A stretch of DNA of 64,000 nucleotides from Polyangiales bacterium (GCA_044229975.1 JBGARZ010000018.1:96001-160000); one strand, 5' to 3'. Counted from the first letter of the stretch, positions 18,076-28,291 are shown. Notes: a model not told the origin generated them from the sequence alone. Program-made: numbers and translations.

Positions 18076-18972
18076 TCAATGCGGCGCGGCGGCGGCTCTT
18101 CGCGGCGCACCGACGGCCGTACGGATGTAGCGCTCCAGCGCATCCAAGCGCGGGTGGGGGTCGCCCGGTCGTCGCGCTGGCTCGTTGAGCAGCGCCACCC
18201 CGTGCGCGTCGCTGCCCGCGATCCGCAGGCGCTCGATGGCGATGGTCGGCGCGCCGGTGGTCAGCGCGGTCGGAGACGTGGTGGCCAGCGTCGTCAGCGC
18301 CTGCGCGCTCTCCACGTCGCCCTCCCCTGCCATCATCCACAACGTCCGCGGCGGAAAGGTCCGGAGCGCCACGTACCGGTCCATCGGGTCGCGAATGTCG
18401 ACGCCGTGGTAGTCGACGCCCGGCGAGATCATCGCGAGCCCCACGACCCTCGCTTCGTCGGCGAGCCCCGCCACCGCGGCCGACGCCCCGATGCTCGACC
18501 CCACCACCACCAGCGAGCGCACGCGGCCCTGCTCGAAGAGGTACTGCGCCGCCGCCTGCGCATCCCGCGCGAGTCCGTTCCAGAGCGCCTGATCTTCGCC
18601 GAAGCTCTCCCAGGTCTGCCGCGTCGACTCCGGGCCGTGCGTCACGCTCTCGCCGTGCCCCCGCAGGTCGATGGCCAGCACGGTGACGGCGGGCGGCTGC
18701 TGCAACCGCTCCACGAGCATGCCCCACTCCGACCGGTTGGAGCCGAGCTGATGCAGCAGCAGCACGGCTCCCTGCGATCCGGAGGCGCCCAGCCAGAGGG
18801 TCCCGACCCCACGCCAGCCGTCGGAGGTCTGCGGCATCGGCGTCGTCACCGGGCGGGGCGGCACCGCGGCGACCACGCCGGCGTCCGGGGCGCGCTTGCG
18901 AAAACGATCGCATCCACTGAGCAGCACCGCGGCGACCATCACCCCCGCCAGGACCCGCACCGCGCTTCGCAT
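18076..18972 (-). CDS. alpha/beta hydrolase lipoprotein
   Basis: Lipobox LLSGC, LLHQLG, DLRGHGES, GSSIG nucleophile elbow, and HG. Confidence 0.85.
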   Translation of the reverse strand: MRSAVRVLAGVMVAAVLLSGCDRFRKRAPDAGVVAAVPPRPVTTPMPQTSDGWRGVGTLWLGASGSQGAVLLLHQLGSNRSEWGMLVERLQQPPAVTVLAIDLRGHGESVTHGPESTRQTWESFGEDQALWNGLARDAQAAAQYLFEQGRVRSLVVVGSSIGASAAVAGLADEARVVGLAMISPGVDYHGVDIRDPMDRYVALRTFPPRTLWMMAGEGDVESAQALTTLATTSPTALTTGAPTIAIERLRIAGSDAHGVALLNEPARRPGDPHPRLDALERYIRTAVGAPRRAAAAPH

Positions 18973-19040
18973 GGCGCGCACTCTACCCTCGCGACCGATG
19001 GCTTGCGACCGCGCGTTCGGCGGCCCTATCGTTCGCCGCG

Positions 19041-19775
19041 ATGAACCGTACCGCCGCGGCCCTGGTGATCGGCAACGAGATCCTCAGCGGCAAGGTGCAC
19101 GAAAGCAACACGCTCACCCTCGCCCGCGCGCTGCGCCCGCTCGGCATCGAGCTGCGGCGCATCGTGGTGATCCCCGACGAGGTCGAGCTCATCGCCGCGG
19201 AGGTCAACCAGCTCCGCCTCGCGCACGACTTCCTCTTCACCTCCGGCGGCGTCGGCCCCACCCACGACGACGTCACCGTCGAGGGCATCGCGCTCGGTCT
19301 CGGCCGCCGCGTCGTGCGCAGCCCGGTGGTGGAGGCGCTCCTGCGCGAGCACTACGGCGAGCGGCTCACCGAAGGTCACCTCCACATGGCCGACGTCGTC
19401 GAAGGCACCGAGCTCTACCCGGGCTCCTCCCCCGCGTGGCCGACGATGGTGGTGGGCAACATCTTCGTGCTGCCCGGCGTGCCGCAGATCTTCGCGCACA
19501 AGCTGGAGGGCCTGCTCCCGCGCCTGCGCGGAGCCGATGCGCCCTTCGTCCTCCACAGCGTCTACTGCGGCATCGACGAGGGCCCGCTCAAGCCGTACCT
19601 CGACGCGGTGGTCGCGCGCTTCGCGGACATCTCCGTCGGCAGCTACCCCCGCTGGGACGAAGGCGATCATCGCGTGCGCGTCACCTTCGACGGGCGCGAC
19701 GCCGAGCGCGTCGTGGCGGCGCAGTCCTTCTTCGCGACGAGCCTGCCCCCCGAGTGGCTCCTCCGCAGCGAGTGA
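19041..19775 (+). CDS. CinA-N/molybdopterin-binding (MoCF) domain protein
   Basis: IGNEILSG, TSGGVGPTHDDVT and LPGVP motifs. Confidence 0.9.
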   Translation: MNRTAAALVIGNEILSGKVHESNTLTLARALRPLGIELRRIVVIPDEVELIAAEVNQLRLAHDFLFTSGGVGPTHDDVTVEGIALGLGRRVVRSPVVEALLREHYGERLTEGHLHMADVVEGTELYPGSSPAWPTMVVGNIFVLPGVPQIFAHKLEGLLPRLRGADAPFVLHSVYCGIDEGPLKPYLDAVVARFADISVGSYPRWDEGDHRVRVTFDGRDAERVVAAQSFFATSLPPEWLLRSE

Positions 19776-19830
19776 CACCCGTCGGCGACCGCGGCTGACG
19801 ACCCGTGAAGTTGTGGTAGGAGTCTCGCCC

Positions 19831-20352
19831 ATGAAGCGAGCCGTCCTCGTCTCCCTCCTCGCCGTCGTCGGTTGCATCCGTCAGCCCCCGCAGAACAGCG
19901 CCGCGCCGCAGGTGCAGCCCGAGGCGCACGCCGCGCACGACCCGCACTCCACCAACGCGCCCCTCGCCGCGCCGCTGCCCTCGACCGCCGCTGCCGCCGC
20001 GTCGCACTTCGGCGCGCCGCTCACGGTGACGCAGCCCACGTCGCTCGCGGCCATCGTCGCGACGCCGCAGCCCTACAACGGCCAGACCGTCCGCGTCGAC
20101 GGAACGGTCGCCGCCGTCTGCCAGGCCCGCGGCTGCTGGATGCAGCTCACCGACGCCGATCAGCGCGTGCACATCCGCATGCACGGTCACTCGTTCTTCA
20201 TCCCGCGCAACGCAACGGGTCACCACGCTCGCGTGCAGGGCACGGTCATCGCGGCCAACGCCGAGGGTCACTGCGAGTCCGAGGCGGCCGAGCAGACGGG
20301 TCAGCCGGTCGCGCGCCTGGAGCTCGACGCGACCGGCATCGAGCTCGACTGA
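19831..20352 (+). CDS. DUF4920-like OB-fold lipoprotein
   Basis: Lipobox VVGC. VxGxVxxVCQARGCWM motif and FFIP. Confidence 0.8.
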   Translation: MKRAVLVSLLAVVGCIRQPPQNSAAPQVQPEAHAAHDPHSTNAPLAAPLPSTAAAAASHFGAPLTVTQPTSLAAIVATPQPYNGQTVRVDGTVAAVCQARGCWMQLTDADQRVHIRMHGHSFFIPRNATGHHARVQGTVIAANAEGHCESEAAEQTGQPVARLELDATGIELD

Positions 20353-20353
20353 A

Positions 20354-21739
20354 TCAGCGCAGCGGGTTCCATCCACCGACGCCGGCCACGAGGTTGTCGG
20401 CCTCGGTCGGGCCCCACGAACCCGGCTCGTACTCGTACACCGGCCCCGTCGGGTGCAGCACCGGCTCGACGATCGACCACGCCGCCTCGACCACATCCTG
20501 CCGCGCGAAGAGCGTCGCCTCGCCCGCCATCGCGTCGCCCAACAATCGCTCGTAGGCGTCCATGCGACCGCCCGCTCCCTGCGCGGGCTCCTCGACCATG
20601 GCGAGCTCGACGTTTTCGCCGACCATCTCCTCGCCGTGCTTCTTCACCCTCGCCCCGATGGCGATGGAGACGTTGGGACTCAACCGGAAGCGCACGACGT
20701 TGCCCATGCTCGGCGCCTTCTCGTTGAAGACCACCTGCGGCGGGTTCTTGAGCTCCACGGTGACCTCGGTGCAGTTGGCCGCGAGCCCCTTGCCCGCGCG
20801 CACATAGAAGGGAACGCCGTCCCATCGCCACGAGTCCACGAAGAGCTGGAGCACCGCGTAGGTGGGCACCTGCGAGTCGGGCGCGACGCCGGGCTCGTCG
20901 CGGTAGCCCTTGAACTGCCCGCGAACGATGTGGTCCTCGGACATCGGGCGCACCGTGCGGAGCACCTTGGCCTGCTCGTCGCGGATGGCCTCGGAGTACG
21001 TCGACGACGGCGCCTCCATGGTCAGGTAGCTGACGATCTGGAGCAGGTGGTTCTGCATCACGTCGCGGATGACGCCGGTCTCCTCGTAGAACTTCCCGCG
21101 CCCCTTCACGCCGAAGCTCTCGGCCATGGTGATCTGCACGTTCTCGACGTACTGGCGGTTCCAGACGGGTTCTAGGAAGGCGTTGGCGAAGCGGAAGTAC
21201 AAGATGTTCTGCACCGCCTCTTTGCCCAGGTAGTGGTCGATGCGGAAGATCGACGACTCGGGAAACACCTTCCGCAGCGTCTCGTTGAGGCTGCGCGCCG
21301 ACGCGAGGTCACGACCGAAGGGCTTCTCCACGATCACGCGCCCGTGGTCGGCGCACCCGGCGGCGGCGAGGTTCTCCACCACCAGCGGAAACATGCTCGG
21401 CGGGATGGCGAGGTAGTGGGCCGGTCGCAGCGCACCGCCCATGGCTGCGCGCAGTCGCGCGAAGGTGTCGGGGTCCGCGTAGTCACCGTCGACGTAGCGC
21501 AAGAGCGACACGAGCCTGGGGAAGGCTTCGGGGTCGAGGCCGCCGTACTCGGTGACGCTGGCCCTTGCGCGCTCGATGAACTGTTCGAGGTTCCACCCCG
21601 ACTTGGCGACGCCGACGATGGGCACATCGAGCCGGCCGCGGCGCACCATCGACTGGAGCGCGGGGAAGATCTTCTTGTAGGCGAGGTCACCCGTCGCCCC
21701 GAAGAAGATCAGGGCGTCCGAGCGGTGCTTGTCACTCAC
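20354..21739 (-). CDS. zwf: glucose-6-phosphate 1-dehydrogenase
   Basis: [27 protein letters not shown] and RWDGVPFY motifs. Confidence 0.97.
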   Translation of the reverse strand: MSDKHRSDALIFFGATGDLAYKKIFPALQSMVRRGRLDVPIVGVAKSGWNLEQFIERARASVTEYGGLDPEAFPRLVSLLRYVDGDYADPDTFARLRAAMGGALRPAHYLAIPPSMFPLVVENLAAAGCADHGRVIVEKPFGRDLASARSLNETLRKVFPESSIFRIDHYLGKEAVQNILYFRFANAFLEPVWNRQYVENVQITMAESFGVKGRGKFYEETGVIRDVMQNHLLQIVSYLTMEAPSSTYSEAIRDEQAKVLRTVRPMSEDHIVRGQFKGYRDEPGVAPDSQVPTYAVLQLFVDSWRWDGVPFYVRAGKGLAANCTEVTVELKNPPQVVFNEKAPSMGNVVRFRLSPNVSIAIGARVKKHGEEMVGENVELAMVEEPAQGAGGRMDAYERLLGDAMAGEATLFARQDVVEAAWSIVEPVLHPTGPVYEYEPGSWGPTEADNLVAGVGGWNPLR

Positions 21740-21813
21740 GTTGCTGGGCTCCTCGTCACGCGGGCGTTGTCACCCGACGGGACCGCGCGCGACGAGGAAG
21801 AGGGTCGCGGCGT

Positions 21814-23703
21814 CTACGCCTTGATGTCGCGCTTAATGTGCAGCTCCGCAAGCTGCGAGTCGGCGACGGCGTTGGGCGCGTCGGTCATGAGGTCGACCGC
21901 GCGCTGGGTCTTCGGGAAGGCCACCACGTCGCGGATGCTCTCGGCCCCGGAGAACAACATACAGACCCGGTCCCACCCGATGGCGATGCCGCCGTGCGGG
22001 GGCGCGCCGAACTTCAGCGCGTCGAGCAGGAACCCGAACTTCGTCCGGGCTTCGTCGTCGGCGATGCCGAGCGCGCGGAAGACCTTGGCCTGCACCTCGG
22101 GGTCGTGGAGGCGCACCGATCCGCCCGCGATCTCGAAGCCGTTGAGCACGAGGTCGTAGCGGTGGCAGAGCACCTTGCCCTGGTCGTTTTCCAGGTACTG
22201 CACGCAGTCGTCGTGGGGGCGCGTGAAGGCGTGGTGCGCGGCGGCCCACTTCCCGGTGTCCTCATCGAACTCGAAGAGGGGCGGGTCGACGACCCAGAGG
22301 AAGTTCCAGTCGTTGTTGGTGCCGTACTCGGGGATGAGCTTGAGCTTGCGCCCGAGGTGCAGGCGAAGGTTCGCCATCACCGTGTGCACCATGGAGGTCG
22401 CGCCCGACTGGAAGAGCAGCAGGTCGCCCGGCTTCGCTCCCGTCGCCGCGTGCACCGCCGCGCGGAACTCCGGCGTCGCCACCTTCGCCCACGCCGACTG
22501 CGCCCACGTCCCGTCCTCGGCGACGCGCGCGCGAGCCAGGCCACCAGCGCCCATGCCCTTGCAGAACTCTTCGAGCTTGTCGACGTCGGCGCGCGACAGC
22601 GTGGCGCTCGCCGGCACCACCATCGCCTTCACGATGCGGCGCGGAACGTCCCGGCGGTCTTCACCCTTCGCATAGGCCTCGGCAATCTCGGCGAGCATGG
22701 GTACGCCGCCACCGTTCTGCTCGATGACGAGCCCGGTGAGATCGGTGTGTGGCAGACCGAAGCGGAGGTCGGGCTTGTCGTTGCCGTACTTCTCCATGGC
22801 TTCGTCGAAGCGCATGCGGGGAAACTTCCCCTCGGTGTAGCGGTCGCGCAGGTCGGTGCCGAAGACGGCCTTCCACACCGAGAACAGCAGTCCCTCCACG
22901 ATGGTGAAGATGTCGTCCTGCGTGACGAACGACATCTCGATGTCCACCTGTGTGAACTCGAGCTGCCGGTCGACGCGGAGGTCTTCGTCGCGGAAGCAGC
23001 GGGTGATCTGGAAGTACCGATCGAAGCCCGCGACCATGTAGAGCTGCTTGAAGAGCTGCGGGCTCTCGGCGAGCGCGTAGAACTTCCCCGGGTGCACGCG
23101 CGACGGCACGAGGAAGTTGCGCGCCCCACCCGGCGTGTACTTCACGAGCACCGGCGTCTCGAGTTCGAGGAAGCCGTTGTCGTCGAGGAAGCGACGCGCG
23201 GTCTGGTTCATCTTCGAGCGCGTGCGGAGCGTGCGCTGGAGCTTCGGGCGGCGCAGGTCGAGGTAGCGATACGCGAGCCGCTTCTCCTCGTTGGTGTTGA
23301 CGTCGTCCTCGATCTCGAAGGGCGGCGTCTCGGACTTGTTGAACACCACGACCTCGTGCACGAGCACCTCGACCTCGCCCGTCGCCATCGACGGGTTGTG
23401 CATCGAGATGTCCTTGCCGAGCTTCTTGGAGAACTGCATCCCGCGGTCGCGCACGACGCCGCGGATGCCGACGACCCACTCGCTCTTGAGCGTCGACGCG
23501 ACGGCGGTCGCCTCGGGGTGCGCCTCGGGGTTGAAGACAAGCTGCGTGATGCCGTCGCGGTCGCGGAGATCGACGAAACGGAAGGCCCCGAAGTCTCGGG
23601 AGGTCTGCACCCACCCGAACAACACCACCTCGCTGCCGATGTCCTTCGCGCGGATTCCTCCGCACGAATGCGTACGCTTCAACTCGTCGATGAACCTGGC
23701 CAC
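21814..23703 (-). CDS. aspS: aspartate--tRNA ligase
   Basis: YRYLDLRR, SPQLFKQ, CFRDED and PPHGGIA.G.DR motifs. AAGGAGA RBS before GTG 23703. Confidence 0.97.
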   Translation of the reverse strand: MARFIDELKRTHSCGGIRAKDIGSEVVLFGWVQTSRDFGAFRFVDLRDRDGITQLVFNPEAHPEATAVASTLKSEWVVGIRGVVRDRGMQFSKKLGKDISMHNPSMATGEVEVLVHEVVVFNKSETPPFEIEDDVNTNEEKRLAYRYLDLRRPKLQRTLRTRSKMNQTARRFLDDNGFLELETPVLVKYTPGGARNFLVPSRVHPGKFYALAESPQLFKQLYMVAGFDRYFQITRCFRDEDLRVDRQLEFTQVDIEMSFVTQDDIFTIVEGLLFSVWKAVFGTDLRDRYTEGKFPRMRFDEAMEKYGNDKPDLRFGLPHTDLTGLVIEQNGGGVPMLAEIAEAYAKGEDRRDVPRRIVKAMVVPASATLSRADVDKLEEFCKGMGAGGLARARVAEDGTWAQSAWAKVATPEFRAAVHAATGAKPGDLLLFQSGATSMVHTVMANLRLHLGRKLKLIPEYGTNNDWNFLWVVDPPLFEFDEDTGKWAAAHHAFTRPHDDCVQYLENDQGKVLCHRYDLVLNGFEIAGGSVRLHDPEVQAKVFRALGIADDEARTKFGFLLDALKFGAPPHGGIAIGWDRVCMLFSGAESIRDVVAFPKTQRAVDLMTDAPNAVADSQLAELHIKRDIKA

Positions 23704-23760
23704 AACGGTCTCCTTCAGCCCGCCGCAGCCGTGCGGCGGGGGCCGCGGACCATACACCAT

Positions 23761-24819
23761 TCAACCGAGGGTCGAGTCACCCAGGGTCAGCACCGGTCCC
23801 GCGAGCGGCAGCTCCAGGGTGAAGCGCGTGCCCTCCGCGCCCGTGTCGACGGTCATCGTTCCCTGGTGTTCGGTGACGATGCGGTACGCGATGGCGAGCC
23901 CGAGGCCGGTACCCCCGCGGCCCTGTCGCGTCGTCACGTAGGGCTCGTAGAGCCGCGCCATCACCGACTCCGCGATGCCCGCACCGTTGTCGGCGACGGT
24001 GATCTTGATGGTGCGCTCGCCGGGATACTGCGCTGCGACCTTCACCCACCCGGCGCCTCGCGAAGGGTCGTGGGTCGCGCGCTCCTCGGCGGCGAAGACC
24101 GCGTTGCCCACGAGGTTGATGAGCACCTGCGTGATCTGGTCTCGATCGGCGCGAAGCGACGGCAGATCGTCGGGCGCGTCGCACGTCACGGTCGCCGACG
24201 ACGATCGGTGGAGGTCCGTCGCGTGGTGCAGCAGCTCGGCGACGTCGACGGGCTCGGGTCGCGGCCGGGGCATGCGTGCAAACTGCGAAAACGCGTCGAG
24301 CAACCGACGCAGCCGCTCGACCTCTTCGAGCACGATGCCTGTCTCCTCGTCGAACAGTCGTTCGAAGAGGTCGCGGTCGCGGGCGCGAGCCTTGCGAAGG
24401 TTCTCGACGCCGAGGCGGATGGGCGTGAGCGGGTTCTTGATCTCGTGGGCCATCTGCCGCGCGATGTCCCTCCAGGCCGCGAGGCGCTCGGCGCGGCGCG
24501 AACGCTTCTCCGCGACAGCGAGCGCGTCGGTCATGCGGTTGAAGGCGACCACGAGGCGTTGTGAGTCGGCGTCGCCGTCGTCGTCGAGGGCGACGTGCAC
24601 GCGCCGCTCGCCCTGGGCCACGCGCTCGGCGGCCTCGGCGAAGGGCGCGAGCGCGGAGGGTCGGCGACGGAAGAGCACCCACGCGAGGGCGAGCACGCAG
24701 ACGAGCGAACCCGCGAAGGCGGGCAGCACGTAGCCGCCCTCCAGCGTCGCGATGAACACCGCCCCCACCGCCGGCAGGATGGCGATGGCCAGCGCGAGGG
24801 CGCGTCCGCTCGCCGTCAC
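23761..24819 (-). CDS. membrane sensor histidine kinase (HAMP-HisKA-HATPase, NtrY-like core)
   Basis: Two TM segments, AHEIKNPLTPI, NLVGNA, DNGAG and GTGLGL motifs. Confidence 0.92.
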   Translation of the reverse strand: MTASGRALALAIAILPAVGAVFIATLEGGYVLPAFAGSLVCVLALAWVLFRRRPSALAPFAEAAERVAQGERRVHVALDDDGDADSQRLVVAFNRMTDALAVAEKRSRRAERLAAWRDIARQMAHEIKNPLTPIRLGVENLRKARARDRDLFERLFDEETGIVLEEVERLRRLLDAFSQFARMPRPRPEPVDVAELLHHATDLHRSSSATVTCDAPDDLPSLRADRDQITQVLINLVGNAVFAAEERATHDPSRGAGWVKVAAQYPGERTIKITVADNGAGIAESVMARLYEPYVTTRQGRGGTGLGLAIAYRIVTEHQGTMTVDTGAEGTRFTLELPLAGPVLTLGDSTLG

Positions 24820-26306
24820 TTCTTGTAGAGGACTTCGAGGATGGCGGTGCGGCGCGAGGCGTTCTCGTCGAAGGTTACGACCTCGTCGTTGGCGAGCGAC
24901 TCGTGGCCGTGGGCGCGCGCGTAGATGTAGTCGTTGCCCGGGTCGGGCTCGGGCTTGTTCCAGCAGACCTTGAGCGCGAGCTCGGGCACGCCGAGGGCGA
25001 GCTCTTCGAGAATGATGTACCCGCGGTCGGCGGTGTTGTTGTGGTGGTAGTAGGCGCCGCGCAGGGAGGAGTAGTTCATGCTCTTGAGCGCGCCGTTGTG
25101 GCGGGTGAACTTCTTGCCCTTCTCGTCGACCGCGGTGTTGTCACCGGAGTCCGCCCAGCACGGCGTGTGATAGATGCCCAGGCCGAAGGTGCGGCCCGTG
25201 ACGTGAACGCCCTTGGGGAGGTTCTTCGGCAGCACGAGGCCCGACTTGAGGACGCCCATGAGGTTCTCGGTCCGGGTGCCGTGCCAGCCCCAGGTGATGC
25301 CGGTGGCCTTCGGCTTCTTGGTGATGGTCGCGGCGTAGTTGTCGAAGAGCGACTTGCGTCCCTGCTGCTCGACCTTCCAGATGCGGCCGACCTTGAGCAG
25401 GTTGTAGAAGTTGGAGTTCTTCGGCGACTGGCCCTTGGAGAAGAGCTTCTCGATGAGCTTGTACTCGTCGCTCTTCGGGTCGATGTGCCCGATGTCGCAT
25501 TTGAGACCGTCGTACCAGACCTCCGTCGGGTCATCGACCTCGGCGGCCTTCGAGAACACGTCGCGCTGGAGGAAGGCGTCCCTCAGCAGCGTGATGAACT
25601 TCCGCTGCTCGTTGATGCGCTCTTCGGAGTTGATGACGATGGCGTCGAGGTCGAGCTTCCCCTTCTTGCGCGCGCCGTCGATGTTGCGCGGGATGTTGGA
25701 GAGGTACTCGTTGGTGAGCTCGATGTAGTCGTTCTTGGTGGCCTTGGTGGTGCCCTTCACCATCGACTCGGCCTGCTGGAGAAGGTCGGCGCCCTTGTCC
25801 AACTGGCGGTCGGAGAGGTTGCCCAGCGGCGACTCCTTGGTCGCGCCCGCCGACGACGAGAGACCCGCCGCGACGGCCTGCCCGGTCGCCCCGTAGAGGA
25901 GCTTCAGCAGCGACTCCACCTCGGGGTGAAACTCCCTCGTCCGCACGGTCTTCGCCTTCGGCTGCGATGGGTCCGCGGCGGGCTCGGCGGTCTTCGCGGA
26001 GGTCTTGGCCTTCTCCTCGTCGAGCGACCGCATGTCGAGCTTCGTGTAGCCCTTGGCGACCTTCTCGTTGACCTTCTTGTTGAGGGCAGACTTCGCGGCC
26101 ACGAGCGTCGACGCCGTGACCTCCTGGGTCTGCCCGGCCTGCCCCACGCGCCCGTAGGTGAAGATCACCCGGAAGGTGCCGCCCTCGTCGAAGATCTGCG
26201 CCTTGTAGAACTTGTTGGACCCCAGGGACGTCGCCCCGGTCTTCTTCCCGGTGAGGTCGGTCCAGTTGAGGGTGACCTCTTCGACCAGTGTTCCTGTGCT
26301 GCTCAT
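24816..26306 (-). CDS. WGR-domain poly(ADP-ribose) polymerase (WGR + PARP regulatory + catalytic)
   Basis: NKFY..Q/YGRVG (WGR), PLGNLS (regulatory), WHGTRTEN..GVL..GL, FGLGIY, KSMNY, ELALG and NDEVV.FD. Confidence 0.9.
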   Translation of the reverse strand: MSSTGTLVEEVTLNWTDLTGKKTGATSLGSNKFYKAQIFDEGGTFRVIFTYGRVGQAGQTQEVTASTLVAAKSALNKKVNEKVAKGYTKLDMRSLDEEKAKTSAKTAEPAADPSQPKAKTVRTREFHPEVESLLKLLYGATGQAVAAGLSSSAGATKESPLGNLSDRQLDKGADLLQQAESMVKGTTKATKNDYIELTNEYLSNIPRNIDGARKKGKLDLDAIVINSEERINEQRKFITLLRDAFLQRDVFSKAAEVDDPTEVWYDGLKCDIGHIDPKSDEYKLIEKLFSKGQSPKNSNFYNLLKVGRIWKVEQQGRKSLFDNYAATITKKPKATGITWGWHGTRTENLMGVLKSGLVLPKNLPKGVHVTGRTFGLGIYHTPCWADSGDNTAVDEKGKKFTRHNGALKSMNYSSLRGAYYHHNNTADRGYIILEELALGVPELALKVCWNKPEPDPGNDYIYARAHGHESLANDEVVTFDENASRRTAILEVLYKK

Positions 26307-26395
26307 CCGATGGCGCTCCGACGTAGAGGGTTTCAGGGAAAGGGGCTGAGTTGAGGCGGACGGGGATACCACCGGGACGGCATCGGATGCGAGGC

Positions 26396-26465
26396 GGGGA
26401 CGGTCTCAGCTTTTCACCCTTGGACGTTGCCTGACCCCTGAAGGTGAAAAGCTGAGTCCGTCCCC
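26396..26465. repeat. REP-like inverted repeat
   Basis: GGGGACGGTCTCAGCTTTTCACC ... GGTGAAAAGCTGAGTCCGTCCCC: 23-bp arms with one mismatch. Confidence 0.8.
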
Positions 26466-26668
26466 ACCCGCCTGCGCCGACGCGTCGGCGTAGGCCCGGG
26501 AGGACATCGCGCCAGAGCGGGGAAAGTGCCGCGACCGTCGCGCTTCGTTGACACCGGCCGGTGAAGTTGGAGAGACTCCCGTCCGAAGAAACCACCGTAA
26601 TTCCTGCGGCGGTATCGAAGTCTTCGCGGGCGCTCCAAGGGGCGGGCCCGCGGAGGGGTTGAAGGGCG

Positions 26669-28267
26669 ATGCTGAAGCTCGTGATCTCCGACGACGAGGG
26701 CAAGACGATGGTCATCCCGCTCACCCGGGATGAGCTCACCATCGGTCGCAAGGACGGAAACTCCATCCGCCTCACCGAGCGCAACGTCTCCCGACGCCAC
26801 GCGCGCATCGTGAAGCGTTCGGAGGGCTTCTTCCTCGAAGACCTCGCCAGCTACAACGGCATCGTCATCAACGGCGCACGCCTCGCCGAGCCGAAGCCGA
26901 TGCGCGGCGGCGACCAGATCCTCATCGGCGACTACAAGCTCCAGGTCGTCGAAGAGGCGGGTGCCCAGCCCACGCCTCCGCCGCCTGCGCCGCCGCCCGT
27001 CGCCTCCGAACACGCGGCCCCGCTCCTCGCCGCCACGCCGAGCACCAACCCGGGCAGCGCGCCGGGCCTCGCCGCCCTCAATGACCCGCTCGCGCCTGCG
27101 TCGACTGCCAGCGCGCCGGTGCCCGAGAGCATCAAGGGCATGCGCGTGGTGTTTCTCGCGCCCGCCGGCGTGCCCGCCCCGGTGTTGCTCGACCGCCTCC
27201 CGATGATCCTCGGGCGCAGCGAGTCGGCCGACATCGCGCTCGCGTTCAGCTCCATCTCGCGTGAGCACGCGCGGCTCTTCTGCGAGGACGACAAGCTCTT
27301 CATCGAGGACATGGGGAGCTCCAACGGCATCCAGATCAACGGCGAGAAGTGCCGCAAGGGGGAGCTCTCCCCCGGCGACATGGTGCAGCTCGGGGTCGTG
27401 GAGTTCCGCGTCGCTCGCCGCGGTGACAGCACCGTGGTCATCCAGCGCGCGGCCGCCGACGAGCGCGCCGCCGCGGGCCGATCGAACAAGGGCCTCATCG
27501 CGGGCGTGGTGTTCGGCGGCGTGTGCCTCGGGCTCCTGGTGCTCTTCATCGCGACGCACCGCACGGGTCCGTCGCCGGTCAATCCGCAGCCCGATCCCCC
27601 GACGGCCTCGGCCGCCGCGACGCCCACCGCCCCGACGCCTCCAACGACGCCGGTTGCTCCCCCACCGACCCCGGTCGCGCCCGCCGCCACCCCCGAGTCT
27701 GTGCCCGCCGTGGTCGCTGCTGCGGCTCCCGAAGCGGGTGTTGCGCCTGCGCCCGCCGCAGCTGTTGTTGCGCCGCCCACCGCACCGACCCCGGAGGTCG
27801 TTCCTGCCGCGCCTGCGGTGGTGCCTGCGCCGCCCGCTGTCGTCGAGCCCACGCCCCCGGTGAACCAGGTCGTCGAGACGGCCCACGATCGCCGCGATCA
27901 CCGCCACCCGACCACCACCCCCGCCGCGACCCCACGCGCCGCGGCGACGCCTCGCCCCGTCACCGCACCGGCCCCCGCGCCCGCGCCAACCCCGGCGCCC
28001 GCGGGTGACCCCGGCGCTTCGCCGATGGACCAGGCGCGCGCCTGCCTCCGCTCTTCGGAGAACATGAACGCCGGCAACCAGTGCGTTGTCAACGTGCTGC
28101 GCGGCCGCGCCAACAGCGAGTCCGAGGTGGGCCTGCTCTGCACGACCTACCGCACCATGAGCCGCACGAGCGACGCGGTGCGCTGCATGCGCAACTACAT
28201 CCAGCGCTTCCCCTCCGGCGCGCGCGTCCCGTCCTTCCAGCAGTACATCGACGGCAACAGCCAGTAG
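26669..28267 (+). CDS. double-FHA domain membrane protein with Pro/Ala-rich periplasmic part
   Basis: Two FHA domains (IGR...VSRRHA...SYNG; LGR...ISREHA...SSNG), one TM segment and a Cys-containing helical C-terminus. Confidence 0.9.
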   Translation: MLKLVISDDEGKTMVIPLTRDELTIGRKDGNSIRLTERNVSRRHARIVKRSEGFFLEDLASYNGIVINGARLAEPKPMRGGDQILIGDYKLQVVEEAGAQPTPPPPAPPPVASEHAAPLLAATPSTNPGSAPGLAALNDPLAPASTASAPVPESIKGMRVVFLAPAGVPAPVLLDRLPMILGRSESADIALAFSSISREHARLFCEDDKLFIEDMGSSNGIQINGEKCRKGELSPGDMVQLGVVEFRVARRGDSTVVIQRAAADERAAAGRSNKGLIAGVVFGGVCLGLLVLFIATHRTGPSPVNPQPDPPTASAAATPTAPTPPTTPVAPPPTPVAPAATPESVPAVVAAAAPEAGVAPAPAAAVVAPPTAPTPEVVPAAPAVVPAPPAVVEPTPPVNQVVETAHDRRDHRHPTTTPAATPRAAATPRPVTAPAPAPAPTPAPAGDPGASPMDQARACLRSSENMNAGNQCVVNVLRGRANSESEVGLLCTTYRTMSRTSDAVRCMRNYIQRFPSGARVPSFQQYIDGNSQ

Positions 28268-28291
28268 TCGTCGCCCCGCCGCAACGATGGC

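Noticed and set aside
21838..24564. 908-aa + strand ORF, and similar long ORFs at 51034-53949, 59501-61648, 30695-33145 and 43808-46300
   Set aside because: Antisense or off-frame shadows of well-supported genes, typical of high-GC DNA.
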